A stretch of DNA of 63,513 bases, filler included, from Bigelowiella natans CCMP2755 (GCA_000320545.1; 6 parts of 6 records of this genome joined end to end with filler, not necessarily neighbours in it), one strand, 5' to 3'; shown: positions 1 through 13,683, numbered from the whole stretch's first letter. Made by a program: numbers and translations. Notes: generated from the letters alone by a model not told the origin.

Positions 1-179
1 GTGTGGGTGTGTGTTTTGTTTCGTGGCCCCCAGGTTGGTTTTGCGGGTTTTTCCATCCCCCCTCCCCCTAATGTTTTTCCGGGGAAGGGGGTAGGGAGCT
101 CAATTTTTTTCGCAGATTTCCGAAGGCCCCATATAATGGCCATCATTGCCTTCCTTCCCCCCCCCCCCCCCCCCTGCAG

Positions 180-380
180 ATGATGGAGCCAGAAGCTCTC
201 GGTGCTGCCAAGGCTGATTTAGAGGAGGAAGAGTCGAAGTTGAAGTATGCGGCCACTTCCAAGGACGATGACGGGATTTGCTTCGAGGCCTACGAGAAGG
301 TTTGTTGGATATAAGTTGTCGTCAGGATGATCATGATGATGATGATGATGATGCTTACTCGAGCGTTGGTTTCCGCTGTG

Positions 381-434
<54 letters not shown>

Positions 435-841
435 TGTGACACTCACACGCAGAAAGAGAAGGGGGGGGAGGAATTTTCCCAACGTAATAATATTGCGAAA
501 TTTTGTTCACTACTTATTTCATTATAAATGTAGGAACATGCGAGATACGAGTCGCAAGCGTGCGGCTGCATCGACGACGAGCTGGAATTGTTCATCAACG
601 AGGTAATAACATATTTTGCCTTATCATCCGTGACGAGGGGGGGGTCGTCCCCGCTTGACAAGCTTCGAGTGCGTGCCAAGTGCATGCGTGCGTGTACTAT
701 ACAAATCGTGATGAATTGTAAGCCTAACTGAACTCTCTTCCATTGGCCGATGCGAAGGTATTCGAAGACATGGATACCAAGAAGGATGGCCTAGTCTCGG
801 TATATATTCGCTTTCCCCTCCTCTGACACAGTCTAAAAATG

Positions 842-878
<37 letters not shown>

Positions 879-1000
879 CTGAGCGTACACGCGGACTGAT
901 GCTGCCGTATTCTGTGCAGGTTGATGAGTGGCTCCGCTACGCCGCCGGGGACAGGGATATTTCTGAATTCTTAGAGCATTTCACCCTGCAGATTCTGTGA
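180..1000 (+). CDS. 3' part of an EF-hand calcium-binding protein (neuronal calcium sensor/calcineurin-B-like C-terminus), 4 exons, 5'-truncated
   Basis: GT-AG splicing of exons ~180-299, ~534-602, 758-799 and ~920-1000 gives ...ELELFINE|VFEDMDTKKDGLVS|VDEWLRYAAGDRDISEFLEHFTLQIL*. DTKKDGLVSVDE is a canonical 12-residue EF loop. Confidence 0.7.
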
Positions 1001-1884
1001 TGCATGCGCGCCCTGTTGTTTCCGCATGCAGCCAACGTTTAGATCCGTTACCTAGTACTACGCGTAGAATTTAAAAATGTAAGAACATGGCTCGATTATA
1101 CGATCTAGCGATCATCGATCGCCTGAACACCTTGCGATGTTGCGCAGTACATTGCCTTTGCCCAGCGAAAAATTTGCTGCTCGGTTCGGCGCAGTCTAGG
1201 AGGATGCACAGTCTCTGCATCTGCATATGCATATGCATGCATGCCATTCAGCATATTGCTTCACGCCTAGCAAATATAGCGATACAAGTCAGCCAGGCTA
1301 GCAGGTGGTGACTATGCTAGCTAGCGAAGCCTTCATATTTTGTTCATTTGAAACACGCATGTAATATCTAGCTATATATAGCTAATCGAGTAATGCTAGG
1401 ATGGCTACTAAAACAAATATAATCTTTGTGCTACCACTTTGCACAACAACCATATTAGGATGGCCTAAATATTAAATTGCATGCATCCGTCTTATGCTAG
1501 CATATCTAGATATGATGATATGATGAGGCAGCAAGCTATAAAGCCAATGTAAGACAGGCTTCTTGCGCTCGACTCTACCTGCTATAACAGCTGGACAAAT
1601 GCCGTTCCTGAAGATTCATCACTCTGTTTTGTTTGCATTGCTTACATAGCTAGCTAGCTAGTGTGAAATGTGAAGCGCTATGAGCCATTGTCTGCTTCCC
1701 GCGCGGGCTACGCAAGTGGATTGCTGGTATAGAATTGCACAATGCACGATTACAATGCATTTTGTTAGCAACGCATAATTGAATGCCACTACATATGCGC
1801 AATGGGTTGATACAAAGCTACTTCAAACAGCATCGTTGATACGAGCACATTTCACCATTCCGCCAGAGCGAAGCCATGGTCTCC

Positions 1885-3784
1885 TCATTTGGGGCATATA
1901 GGCAATAGTAACTTGTCGATATCGATGTCTTCGGCAACTCTCACCTCCGCATTTCCCAGCCACCATCCTGGGAGATCGAAGCCATGCCCGTAAGTCTCGG
2001 TATCCTCTACAAGCCCTATCTTCTCCGTCAGTGAACCGATCAGATCATAATGGCTGACAACGATTATGACCGACTCCTTCAATTTAGCCAAGCGGCTGAT
2101 GATGGCACTCGTCCTTTCACCTGAAATAAGACAAGGATGGATGATACATCGGACCAGAAGAAGATTAATACTTCACACGACTTTCCTCTTTCTCAGGTAA
2201 GGTTGTTGTTTTTTTCAGTCTTGCTCACCTAGGGACGCCTTATCGGCTTTGCTGAATGCCGTTTCGTTGTTTTTATACAGCTCCACGATATCATCGCTAC
2301 CGTCCTTGCTGCCGGCGCCCGACATGGATTCTCGCTCGATCTTCTTAGGAACCGTCCACCAAACGTCGGGAATATCTCGCAGCTGCGTTGCAAGGCTCGC
2401 TCCGCAGACTTCCCGCGCTAGTTTTGAAGCCTTGAGCTCGGACGCAGGGGTCCCAATATCGTCACAACCTGTGATGACTTCTCGCAGCTCAGGCCATAGC
2501 TGTACGCGGCCTTTGAACTGCGGACAGGTCAGTAGAGCTGTGTGCATGGCCCTGGAGAGTGGGGATGAAAGCACACGGCAGCAAGAAGAGGGCTTGGCAG
2601 AGGCGGTGAGATAGTCCACCACTTTCGATGCGGATGCGACTGCCTGGCGTCTGCCTTTCTCGGTGAGAGGCGCGTCTCGAATATACGGGTCCCCCCCTCC
2701 TTTGTTCTCCGCATGGTGGTTGAATACTGACTCTCCGTGCCTGATGAAGATCAGAGTTTTCGCTCTCGTTTCCTTGACCTCGCCCGCCTTCTTTGAGCCG
2801 CGGCGAGAAAGATTTTCGGGTTGATTTCTGCTGCTGAGAGATTTTGTGCTGCTCTCCCCTCGGTACAGTATCTTCTCGACCGTCGCGATTATTTCCAGTT
2901 TGAAGTCATTATCCATCTCCCTCAGGCTTTCATAGGTTCTAGGAAAGGCCGGGCTCTCGAATCTGTTCCCTAGCTTGCTGTAACTTGGTGGGCGCGAGTG
3001 GTATGCCTCCATGCAATAGGCGAAGAATTCAAAGTGATTCGAGATGTTGTAGTCGAGCTGGATGCGGTTGTAGATCAATTTCGCGTTTTTGGTGAATATC
3101 TCTTCTTTCCTGGCCATCATGTTCTCGTGCATTTGCCTGATCTCTGGGAGTTTCTTGTCGCCGATGACTTCGTGGAAGGCATGCGTGAGCTCGTGAATCA
3201 GGACCATGTTGTGGCCGAGAACGGCGCCCTCCATATTTACGATGAACACGGTGAAGTCCTGCCAATGGGCCTCCTTCCAGCAGGTCGTGACGCCGTATTG
3301 CATGTCCCCGAACCAGGCCATCCCGCGCTCCTCTGGCAAGAAATGTTAGTAATACAACGGTTGTTAGATGCACGTGGTCATTCCCCCAAAGGTAAACACA
3401 AGCCAAAAAAAAAACACCTTCTCCCATATCGACCCCCTCCTCGAGTTTCAGCTGGTAGCCGAGTCTCCACTCGTTGCCCTTCTTCCCGTGGATCCAGATG
3501 GGTACTTGACCGAACTGACGAAGCGGCTTGGAGAGGCACTCCCAGGCGTGGCCAAAGATCTCATCGTAGCGCTTTTGGTTCCTGCTGTACTCCTCCAAGG
3601 CTTCCTGGTCCATGCAAAGATGCAACCCCTTGATGACTTTGAGAGTCATGAAGGGGGGGATTTGGCGCGATGACGTGGGGACGGCGGCCGGAATCTTAAA
3701 TCCTTTCAGGCTGCGAGACCGTTGCTCTCCTCCTTTCGGTCGCCTCTTTCGGGGTCGGCACGCCCCGCAGAAGATTGACTGCAT
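1885..3784 (-). CDS. Fusion of a zincin metallopeptidase-like domain (HExxH...E; MtfA/M90- or lethal-factor-like) and a histidine phosphatase (PGAM family), 3 exons
   Basis: Introns 3333-3417 and 2121-2228 (GT-AG) keep frame. Motifs: HELTH...NHFEFFAYCMEAY, then IFIRHGES, SSPLSRAMHTA, PELRE and IVVSH. Start taken at the ATG of MQSIFC. Confidence 0.8.
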
Positions 3785-4230
3785 GTCGGAGATGTATGAC
3801 CTGTAGGACGACCCCTTTGCCCTGTCGCAGCGGCGATCTTCAACCCAGTAATGGCCCCTTGGCAAGCAACAATGGAGTCCAGCGTGCTTTTGTCGAATTA
3901 TTTCTGAAAAAAATTTCAGTATTTTTCAAGTCGTACGATAAAAATGCCATGTGTTTTCCAAGTAAACTATCGCCGACCACCGACGGTTTTTAGGAAGAAA
4001 ATTATGGGTTTCCCTCGAAGACCCTCCCTCCGTCCGATGACTGAATCCAAGCAGTATCGAGGCAAAATTTATGGGTTGTCTCACCGGAGTTTCCGAAAGA
4101 TTCGCTCTCAGAACTCTGTGGTCGAATCAGAAGGAGGAGGATGGCATTGGACAATAATTAATTCGAAGTATTCGGTTTAATTATTGAACTGGATTTCTAC
4201 GAATTGGCTCGCTGCCCCCCCCACCCCACG

Positions 4231-5105
4231 ATGCAACTTCGTGGCGGCTCGTCGAGGGTGGCGAGCAAATCCTCCCAAATTGCGAGCATCATCTTACTTG
4301 GAGGACTGATTGTAGGAAGGATATATGAGGATTCCAGTGCTCTTAAACTCTCAAGGTTCGTGCAACGGCACTTGCTGGAAATGATATCCATGCTAAGTCA
4401 AGCTACGTGTTGTTACAGGCCATCATCGTACGTTATGCCGCACGCTGCGGTGAGATTACTCACCCTCCGCTCGCCCCTTGCTTTACGCGAAAAAGCCGCA
4501 AAAGTCCGCTCGCTGGGCTGCGAGTGTGGCAGAAGCCCCGCTTCTTCGGAGGGGAAGGAGGGAGGGCAGGGCGACGTAAAAGGCGACGAGAGCGGCGATG
4601 TGGAAACTTGGGACGTGTGGGGGACTGAGAAAATTATTGCTCTATCCGAAGATCAGCTGCGAGAGCTCGATCGAATGGGGTGGTACGAGCTGGTGAGAGG
4701 AACTAACTCCCCCCCCCTCCCTCCCCCCCCCTCTAGCCCCCCCTCTAGCCCCCCCCTTCTCTGTATCTTCGCAAAACCTATGCTGTGTTATATGTCGCTG
4801 GGGGGAACCTCATCACCATGGTCGACACACTATCAGGACGAAATTATAGAGTGCCTCCGAATCTTCAAACAGCAGTATGGCGTCGTCGATGTCCCTGCCG
4901 GCTTCGTCGTCCCGTCGGAGGACCCGTGGCCGATGACGTGCTGGGAGCTGCGGTTTGGAGAGCATCTTAACCGTATCCGTGCCGATGGTGGCTACTGGGG
5001 GCTAGACTCGCAAAAAAAACGAGAACTTGACAACATCGGATTCGACTGGTAGGACATGAAAATGCCCATTGTTGGCCGCTGCGTGCACCCCACGCAGTCA
5101 GAAGC

Positions 5106-5148
<43 letters not shown>

Positions 5149-5675
5149 ACATACACACACACATACACACACGCGCGCGCACGCACGTTCTGTCTCAGGT
5201 CACTCTCAGCCTACACGTGGGACGACGTGTACACAGCGCTGCGGATCTACAACAACGCAACGGGCGATGTGAATGTCCTCGAGAACTTCGTTGTGCCCCT
5301 CCCAGACGGAAGGTGGCCGCTGGCGTGCTCCGGCCTCAAGCTGGGAAAAGAGGTGCTGCGGCTGCGAAGATTGAAAGCGAAACACCCTTTAATCTCCGAG
5401 GACGGGCTGTTGATGGGAGCAGGAGACTCCGGTCATCCTGAGGCGCTGCACCGCTGCCAGCTCCTGAGCGATCTGGGGTTATTCGATGCAGGCTCCTTCA
5501 AGAAAACGGTCGGTAGCGAACAGCTTTGTCAGCATGCCAGATTTGTGCCGTGGGAGAGAAGGAAATCAAGATGGGATTGCCGTGTTGGGGGAGGGAGAGA
5601 GTAAGATAGAACAACACGATCGGTAATATACTATCGAACGCACTCGTGAGTGGGCTGCTGGTCAGTCTTCATATT

Positions 5676-5716
<41 letters not shown>

Positions 5717-7487
5717 ATATTTACTCACACGATGAAACCGTCTTAAAATACTACTAATAATAATAATAAATAATAATAATAATACCAAAAACTCAGCGCG
5801 AGGAGCAAAAGTGGGAGCTCTTTCTTCTCGCGCTCAACTGGTATCTTGACCAGAGCGGCGACGTAGACGTCCCCAGCTTCTTCGTCATCCCAAACGAAGA
5901 TCCTTGGCCCCTGGAGATCAGGGGGTTTCCTCTGGGCTCACGTGTTTCCACCGTCCGATCTATGGGTCGATCTGCGCTGCTTTCATCACCACCACTACTA
6001 CTACCACCACCACTACTACTCCTGCTACAATAATCACTCAATAATAGTAGTATTTGAGACAATGCCATCTCACCGCCATTCAGTAGCTCTATGATACTTA
6101 TTTAAATTGCAGTGTTACTCCCCCCCCCCCCCCCCCCCTCTTACTCTTTCGGCGTTCTGTGTCTCCGCCCCGCTAAATCGTCGATTGTTGTTTGTTATTA
6201 TCGTCATCTGTCACGGTTGGGGCGTGCGAAGGCGTGTTTCTGCACCGCGATTTGGTCACCAACGAGCAGCGGATCCAGGAGCTGGACAACATGGGCTTCA
6301 TCTGGGAGACGGCGGAGAGACGCTGGGAGATGATCATCGAGGCGCTCGAGATATTCAAAGAGAGGCACGGCCACCTCCTGGTAGGGTTCTCTTTTTTCCC
6401 TTTGCGGGGGCGCGATCGATGATGTAGACATTGCGCTGACCATCGTCCGCGCCGTGCTCGAAAGGTACCCCAGGACTTCGTTGTCCCCCCCCTGCCAGAC
6501 GTCTGGCCCGAGGAGATCTGGGGAATGAAGCTTGGCCACCGTGTGAACAGCATCAGATCTGGAGTGCACGTTCAAGGCAGGCCGGACAGAGAAAGGCAGC
6601 TCACGGAACTGGTAATGATGGAGCACCAAGAAGGGGGGGAGGGGGGGGGGGGGAGAGGAAAGTGCTCTCTCACAGGAATCTATCTTCTCCCTCAGGGCTT
6701 TGAATGGGACATCCGCGACGTTCACTGGAGCCTTGTCGTACAATGCTTGGAGATCTGGCAGCGAGAGCACGCTGCCGGGAAGAGAAAGAAGAGAGAAGAG
6801 AGGAAGAAGAAGAAGAACAAGAAGAGTAAGAAGGAGGAGTGGGGGGAGGAGGAGACTGCAACTCCTGCCACTGCTATGCCAGCGAACATTGGTGAGGAGG
6901 ACTCGGATGAGCAGCTTCCTCTTCTCAAGGTAATGGTGTTATTTCTCCCAGATGTCGTTAGAATGTAGGGGCCGTCAAGCATCATTCATCTGCACAGCCT
7001 ACTATGATCAAGATCCGCATCATCATCATCATCATCATCATCGTTGTCGGCGTCGTCATCATCATCATCATCACACTCTTCATCAGGTGCCGCGCTCCTT
7101 TGTCGTTCCATCCAAGCCTCCGTGGCCTGAGAGGGCCTGGGGGCTGCCTTTGGGAGAGCGAAGCGCCAAGATCCGCAATAGAGGCGACTTCATCATCGGC
7201 GATAGTCAAAGAGTTCATCAGCTACAGGTGAGCATTCTACGTGTGGACCCGAGCCTTCATTTTGCCGCTCTACCTCGTTCGAAAACGCATGAGGATTTGC
7301 TGCGTGTTTGTCAATCGATATTGTGCCCTTCCCGCGTGGTATTTCTTTCATTCACCTCGATCCCGACGATATGTAGGAGATGAATTTCTTCTGGGGGAGG
7401 GGGCGCGACGGTGGCCAGCGCTGGCTCATGACTGAAGATAATGATAACAATGATTCTGAGGGAGAGGGGGAGAATAGAAACGACTGA
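4231..7487 (+). CDS. Helicase-associated (HA) domain tandem-repeat protein (~5 repeats) with an N-terminal hydrophobic segment, ~10 exons
   Basis: Spliced repeats of the form W..ii.aL.iFk..hG.l.VP..FVVP...pWP...wGl.LG.rv..IR......r..eL..lGF.W, e.g. EALEIFKERHGHLL|VPQDFVVPPLPDVWPEEIWGMKLGHRVNSIRSG...QLTEL|GFEW. Stop at 7485-7487. Confidence 0.8.
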
Positions 7488-8094
7488 GGTAAGTAATGAC
7501 TAGTGGCCGCGGCGGAGCTTCCATTGTTCCGAGGAGGACTTCAAGCCGCACACATCATGATGATAATGAGCGCTGGAGATAGCGCGTAAATGCTGAATGT
7601 AAAAACGATGAATAATGACAAAATGAGACGCGATCGAAGAGCAATAGTGTTGCCGTGGCCATGCTGTTATGTGCTGCACGTTGTGCACATGTCTCATGCA
7701 AGCTACACATAGCTGCAGTTGCTACTGCGTATCTAGCCTTAGCAGATTCACACATGTGTGTGCACAATGGCGTACGTACGTCAATTCCACGCCAAAATAA
7801 AGTGTGACGATGTAAGACGGATGCAATTAATCAATTGAATTTGTTCAATGGTCATCATCCTCGTGTAGCTGTGCAATGCAGCGGCTACAGCGCTAATGTG
7901 ACGATGCATGGCCACAGGTGATGGCAGGAGACAAATGCTAGAACCACGCACGGAGCAAACGCAGCTACAAATTTCGCCAGTCATGGCTTACAGGAGTGTC
8001 AACTATACAACAAATTCCAAGAAGCCAAAATCGCCGCGACATGCCTGCAGCACATGCGTGCAGTGTAGTGCACCACGCAGCTGACAAGCGTGAC

Positions 8095-8321
8095 AAGCTA
8101 CCTACTGTCCTCGACGTTCATAACTGTTTCGGCCACCGTCTGCGGATCAAAGACAATAAATGGACAGGGTCGTCAATTGCAAACGCAACAAGTAAAAATT
8201 CACTCGCATTATCGCTCGCTCGCATATTCGATTCGGATCGCACTGTGAGATCGAAGTTTGACGCGTATGCTTCTTTTGTAAGATCTCTCGCGGAACCATA
8301 CACGACACGTAGAATAACCCG

Positions 8322-8353
<32 letters not shown>

Positions 8354-8674
8354 TATTGTCGGTTTCTGAGGTCCTGCTAAGAACGGTAAATACACTTCTA
8401 CCTGCACCTCCGCCTCCTCCAATGCACGGTTCATCACTATTGCTTCCTGAATCACAACCTGTGGATAATTACGCAGCTAAAGGTTATAAACACACGCCTC
8501 AGCGTGTTACTTTCGGTGCTTGCTGATAAGTCCTCCTCTCCAACGCATCATCTCGCTTTCACAAGACAGTTTACATGTGATCCTCCAGGGAGAGGAGAGC
8601 GCGTTATTGGAGGCAATTCCACTCATAAAACGTGTATGCGTGTATACGTGTGCGAGAGCACAAAAACAAACACA

Positions 8675-8719
<45 letters not shown>

Positions 8720-9068
8720 GCGCTCACTCACTCACTCACTCACTTACGACATTATGGCAAGAAAATGTATAAACAGAAAGAGGGAGAAGTAGGAGGAATC
8801 AGAATCAGTTAGTTAATGCACCTTCACTAAATTATGCTCTGGAACACAGCCGAAATGGAGCTCTGATAGCTCTACCCCCGCCTCCTTCTCTCCATCTTTT
8901 TCGCAGCCAGCTTTGTGTTGGGGGGGGGAGGCTTTCCGATCGCGGAGCGAATATGACACGAGGCCCTCTGGACCAAAGTGAGAAATGTACACCTGCAGAA
9001 ACAGCAGATACGGAAGATTGTTCTTAATCCCGTGTCACTTAGGGATTTCTCTTTGTGTGCGAAAAACG

Positions 9069-9108
<40 letters not shown>

Positions 9109-9380
9109 TAGTATGTATGCATGACAGCATTGAACAAGTGAATCAAGTATATACGAATTTATGAATATATGTACACAAATGTATATATAAATATATGCGT
9201 GCGGGCGCGCGCGCGTGTGTGTGTGTGTGTGTGTTGTGTATGCGCGCGCTGCTTAGCCAAAAACCAAAGGCAGAGATGCTGGCCCGTCCATAACTAGAGC
9301 TGCGTGATACCTGAGAAACAGTTCCGAGCACAAACAAGATGAATCTCGAAGCTTCTACATGAAGGCAAAGGCCTTTGGCC
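8095..9380 (-). CDS. 3' fragment of an unidentified spliced gene
   Basis: AG/GT-bounded open segments on the minus strand, e.g. VVIQEAIVMNRALEEAEVQ (~8402-8458), between microsatellite introns. No recognisable motif. Confidence 0.3.
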
Positions 9381-9528
9381 ATTGATAGAGAAAGCATTTC
9401 GCAATTTCTACCCCCCCCCCTTCTCCCTCCCCCCCCCCTCCGAATTTGATAATGTCTCCTTCTTGACGCATTGCCATTGTGTAAATCGTTTATTCCACAC
9501 ACACCCTCCCCTTTTCCTCCTCCTCTTC

Positions 9529-9628
9529 NNNNNNNNNNNNNNNNNNNNNNNNNNNNNNNNNNNNNNNNNNNNTTAATTAATTAANNNNNNNNNNNNNNNN
9601 NNNNNNNNNNNNNNNNNNNNNNNNNNNN
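9529..9628. other. Artificial contig-joining spacer
   Basis: N44-TTAATTAATTAA-N44, which places stops in all six frames. Identical at five places. Confidence 0.97.
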
Positions 9629-9694
9629 CCTATATTGTTGCCTTCTCCTTTTTCTGACTCTTTTTCTTCTTCGTTATGATTATCACTCTTCCGG

Positions 9695-9766
9695 TTAATA
9701 GTGATGAGAGTAGTCCCGACGGCCCATCATATCCTTCGTCTTCTTCTTTTCTTCAATAACGATCTG

Positions 9767-9841
<75 letters not shown>

Positions 9842-10376
9842 TAAAATATTTGGACTGCGTTCTTCAGAGAGCAGTTTTCATTGATAAATTAGCCTTCCAC
9901 CTCTGACAATGCAGATATGAATTCGTTCGCCCATGCCTTTAGGAGAGGGAAGGAGAGGGGGGGGGGGGCGAGAGCGAATACAGCAGATATTATACATATA
10001 ATATATATATTAACAGGACAATGATAGGGATACAAGTGAGGGCTACGAGGGGCTCGATCTATCATTGGTAGTTGGTCCTCCCCCCCCCCTTTTTCTCTTT
10101 CTCAAATGCAATGCGCACCTTCGTGTCGTGGGTGTATACGTGCTGGAAAGCGTATTCATGGAATCTGGAGGAGGAGGAGGAGGAGAAGGAGGAGGAGGAG
10201 GAGAAGGAGGAGGAGGAGTAGGATAAGAGGGACAACACACACACACACACCAGGAGGGGTTGCATCGTAGTGGTAATAGTAGTAGTAGTAGTAGTAGCTG
10301 TTGTTGTTGTTGTTGAGTTATTGGCTACACACATCTGCATGATGATTATCCACAGAAGTGGGTGCGTGGGTGTGTG

Positions 10377-10414
<38 letters not shown>

Positions 10415-11262
10415 GAGGGAGGGAGGAAGGAAATGGACGCATTTCCAATATAGTTTCGTTTACATGAGCATCAAATCTTATTCCTACTGCCGTCATCGAT
10501 GGATGATATCAATGAATAAACCAACAGGTGGCCAATCAATCAAATGGTGCCCCCCCAACCCACTTACCGCTTCTTCTCTTTTTCAGACATCTCCAGAGCG
10601 TATCTAATAACGACGGAATGTTGTAGAGTAGTGGTGATATCGAAGGAGAGAACGGTAATAACGAATAATTGTAATGACAATGACAACATCACAACAGCAC
10701 GTTAGTGGTGTAGGCGAAGAACAACGATGATGAAACGTACGATTTCTAAATACTTTACTATCAGTTGATACTATTTTGATTGGCGATATCTGCAACTGCG
10801 TTTATGATGTAATAGGCAGCAGCAGCAGCAGTGTATATCATCATTGCAGCAATACTGATGACCATACTTGATGGCTCGAGCACACTCATTGACATTCCAG
10901 GGGTTTACCTGTAGCAGTGATTAAGCATGGTGATATTGATGATAATGATGATGATGATGATGATGATGATGATGCACGGCTATGGTAAACATGGTAGAGC
11001 CTATTCACTGAGCTCTTAAACCATTTCAAAACTGCGAGTCATCATCAACACCCTTCGTTTCTCCTCCTCCTTCTTCACACTCGTAGTACACAAGCTGCTA
11101 CTACTTACTTGCACGCATCCTGCTCCTAAGCTCTGTGCTGCACCAGCGAATTCCGATAAGATCAAGACTCCTGAGAGAGGGAGAGGGGGGAGGGGGGGGG
11201 GGGGGGGAGAACAGCAATAGCAGCATATAAATCAACATCAATGTCAATATCAAATCTTCCTT

Positions 11263-11299
<37 letters not shown>

Positions 11300-11447
11300 T
11301 GTACTTGATTTACACTGTAAGCTGATTGGTGTTATATATGTTGGTTCTTCCTGAATAATAAGAAGCTGCTTCTTACCGTGCTTTTCCTTCTGACAGACGA
11401 TATACCTGTTTGGTTGTAATTTACAGCCACGCACACGCACACACAAA

Positions 11448-11483
<36 letters not shown>

Positions 11484-12083
11484 AATGCATGGGTATTATT
11501 ATTATTATTTCTTCTCCTTCTTCTTCTCGTTGTTGTTTGTTGTTGTTCTTGCTGTCGAGTAGTACTCATATGCCACGAGGTTCATCCCATCCCGAACACT
11601 TGTAATCAGCACAGAATCTGCAAATCTGTAGTAGGAAGAGGAGGAGGAGGAGGAGGAGGAGGAGGAGTGGGAATGTGTTATTTCTGTGTGAGATAATAAT
11701 CATGATGATGTGATGACGACGATATGATGACGATGATACCTGCGACATCAACCTACTTTCATCATTATCACCAGTTTTAATACTTATAATCATCATCATC
11801 GTCATCATCATCATCATCAGCAGCAGCAGCAGCAACAACAACAATAGCATTTTCTTTACCGATATAAGGCGCAGAGTTGGTCAAAAGGCACCGTCTTGTC
11901 CAGGTAGTGAATGGGGACTCCTATGGTCAAAATAATGAATTATTATAATAATAATAACAATAATAACAATACATCTGTCAGAATAATGACAACAACAACA
12001 ACAATAATAATAATAATGGGATTAAAGTAAAAGAAGAACTAGTAGCGCTGCATGTATATACATATGTGAATACAAAAACACAA

Positions 12084-12120
<37 letters not shown>

Positions 12121-12991
12121 CCACTCTTTTTGCCATCCCCATCATATAATCATCATCAGGATCATCATCGGCGCTCCTTCTCCTTCTTCTTCTTCTTCTT
12201 CTTCTTCTTCTTCTTCTCTAACCAGTATCGAAGGATCCAAATCGCCCATTGATTCTGCCCACGAGCTCGTGAGTCTGTCGTTCACAAAGAGGTGACCACG
12301 AAGCACAAACACACTAATCCCACACACGCTAAGCACACATAGTATAGACTTTCAGTTCCCATCGCCGAAGGCATAGATGATACACGACGCTTAAAGCCAC
12401 GACGTTGGGCAGTGTTTAACCGACCTGTCGTCTGAGCTTCTTGTACTCATTCACCGCTCCGCGAGAGGGAACTGCGATTTGAAGCAGAACAAGCTTCCCA
12501 ATCCACTAAAGAAGAAGTAAGGGTAAGGGGAATGATGATGATGATGATGATGAGGAGGAGGGGGGGGGGTGGGGGGTGAGCAAGTTTCAACTGTCGGAAG
12601 CAAACTAATTTCGCAAAATTAAAGATGAGAAACACAACATCTATGTCACTCTTCTTCTTCTTCTTCTTCTTCTTCTTCTTCTCTCCCTTTTCTTCCTTAT
12701 GCTCCTGCTGCTGCTCCTGCTGCTGCTGCTGGTGGTGGTGGTGGTTCTTTTTTGTGGTACTACACTCTGAGAGTCACAGCTAACCTTAGGATTTCTCTCG
12801 AAGAAACGCTCTATTGCTTTCAACTTCAAGGGGATTCCTGCGAATATGTTCGTACCCATTCGCATTTGTGGGGGGGGGAGGGGGGTGATATCAGTTGGTG
12901 CTCACGCACGATATCCAACAAATAATTGTTGTATAAGAGACATACATTCAAGGATCACCAGAAAATACCAATATATATTATACACACACAC

Positions 12992-13026
<35 letters not shown>

Positions 13027-13307
13027 TTATGTGTGTGTATATCCACTCACACGCTGCTAGTTTCACACTCTACTACCGCAACAAACAACAGCAAACAGGC
13101 AGCAGCACTTGCACGTATACATACACACACACACAGCCAGTACTACTACCTTTGATGTAATCTAAGCGATCCACTCCCAAAATAAGCTTTTGGCCCTTTT
13201 AAAATCCCAACAAACAAACATATATGAGGAGGGAGAGGCAATATCTCTGATTGATGTTATGCTCTCGTATGTGGATGGTATATTGGGATGTTTATTGTGT
13301 CCTTCTT

Positions 13308-13339
<32 letters not shown>

Positions 13340-13570
13340 TCCGCCATCACATTCTTTGTTCTTTTTTTTTCCAAAGTTTGAAATTGGATGGTGAGACTAA
13401 GTAGCACCTTGTACATAGACTGGAGCTCTTTCAGCCGCGCTAAGTATTAAACATCACAACACATTGCATTATTCTTTTCGTCAGGAGAAAGAGCAATGTC
13501 CACTCCAAATATGAGAGAATACGACTTCACAAAACAGACGTCTTCCCCCCCCCTTCCTCCTCTATCCCTC

Positions 13571-13609
<39 letters not shown>

Positions 13610-13683
13610 ACACTTCTACTACAACAACTACCTTTCACAGAGTCTGTCTCCAGACAATCCAAGAATTTTCTTCGCAACAAAAC

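Noticed and set aside
2249-3673. Long plus-strand ORFs (121, 211 and 101 aa) as overlapping genes
   Set aside because: Antisense shadows of the GC-rich minus-strand zincin-phosphatase CDS.
8095-9528. Continuation of TPS (TPP domain) or the cullin C-terminus across the gap
   Set aside because: No DYDGTL/SGR or cullin neddylation (AAIVRIMK) motifs in the frames I read.
9529-9628. TTAATTAATTAA palindrome repeated five times as a biological repeat or att site
   Set aside because: Always centred in exactly 44+44 Ns, so it is an artificial six-frame-stop linker. Adjacency across these spacers is not evidence of linkage.
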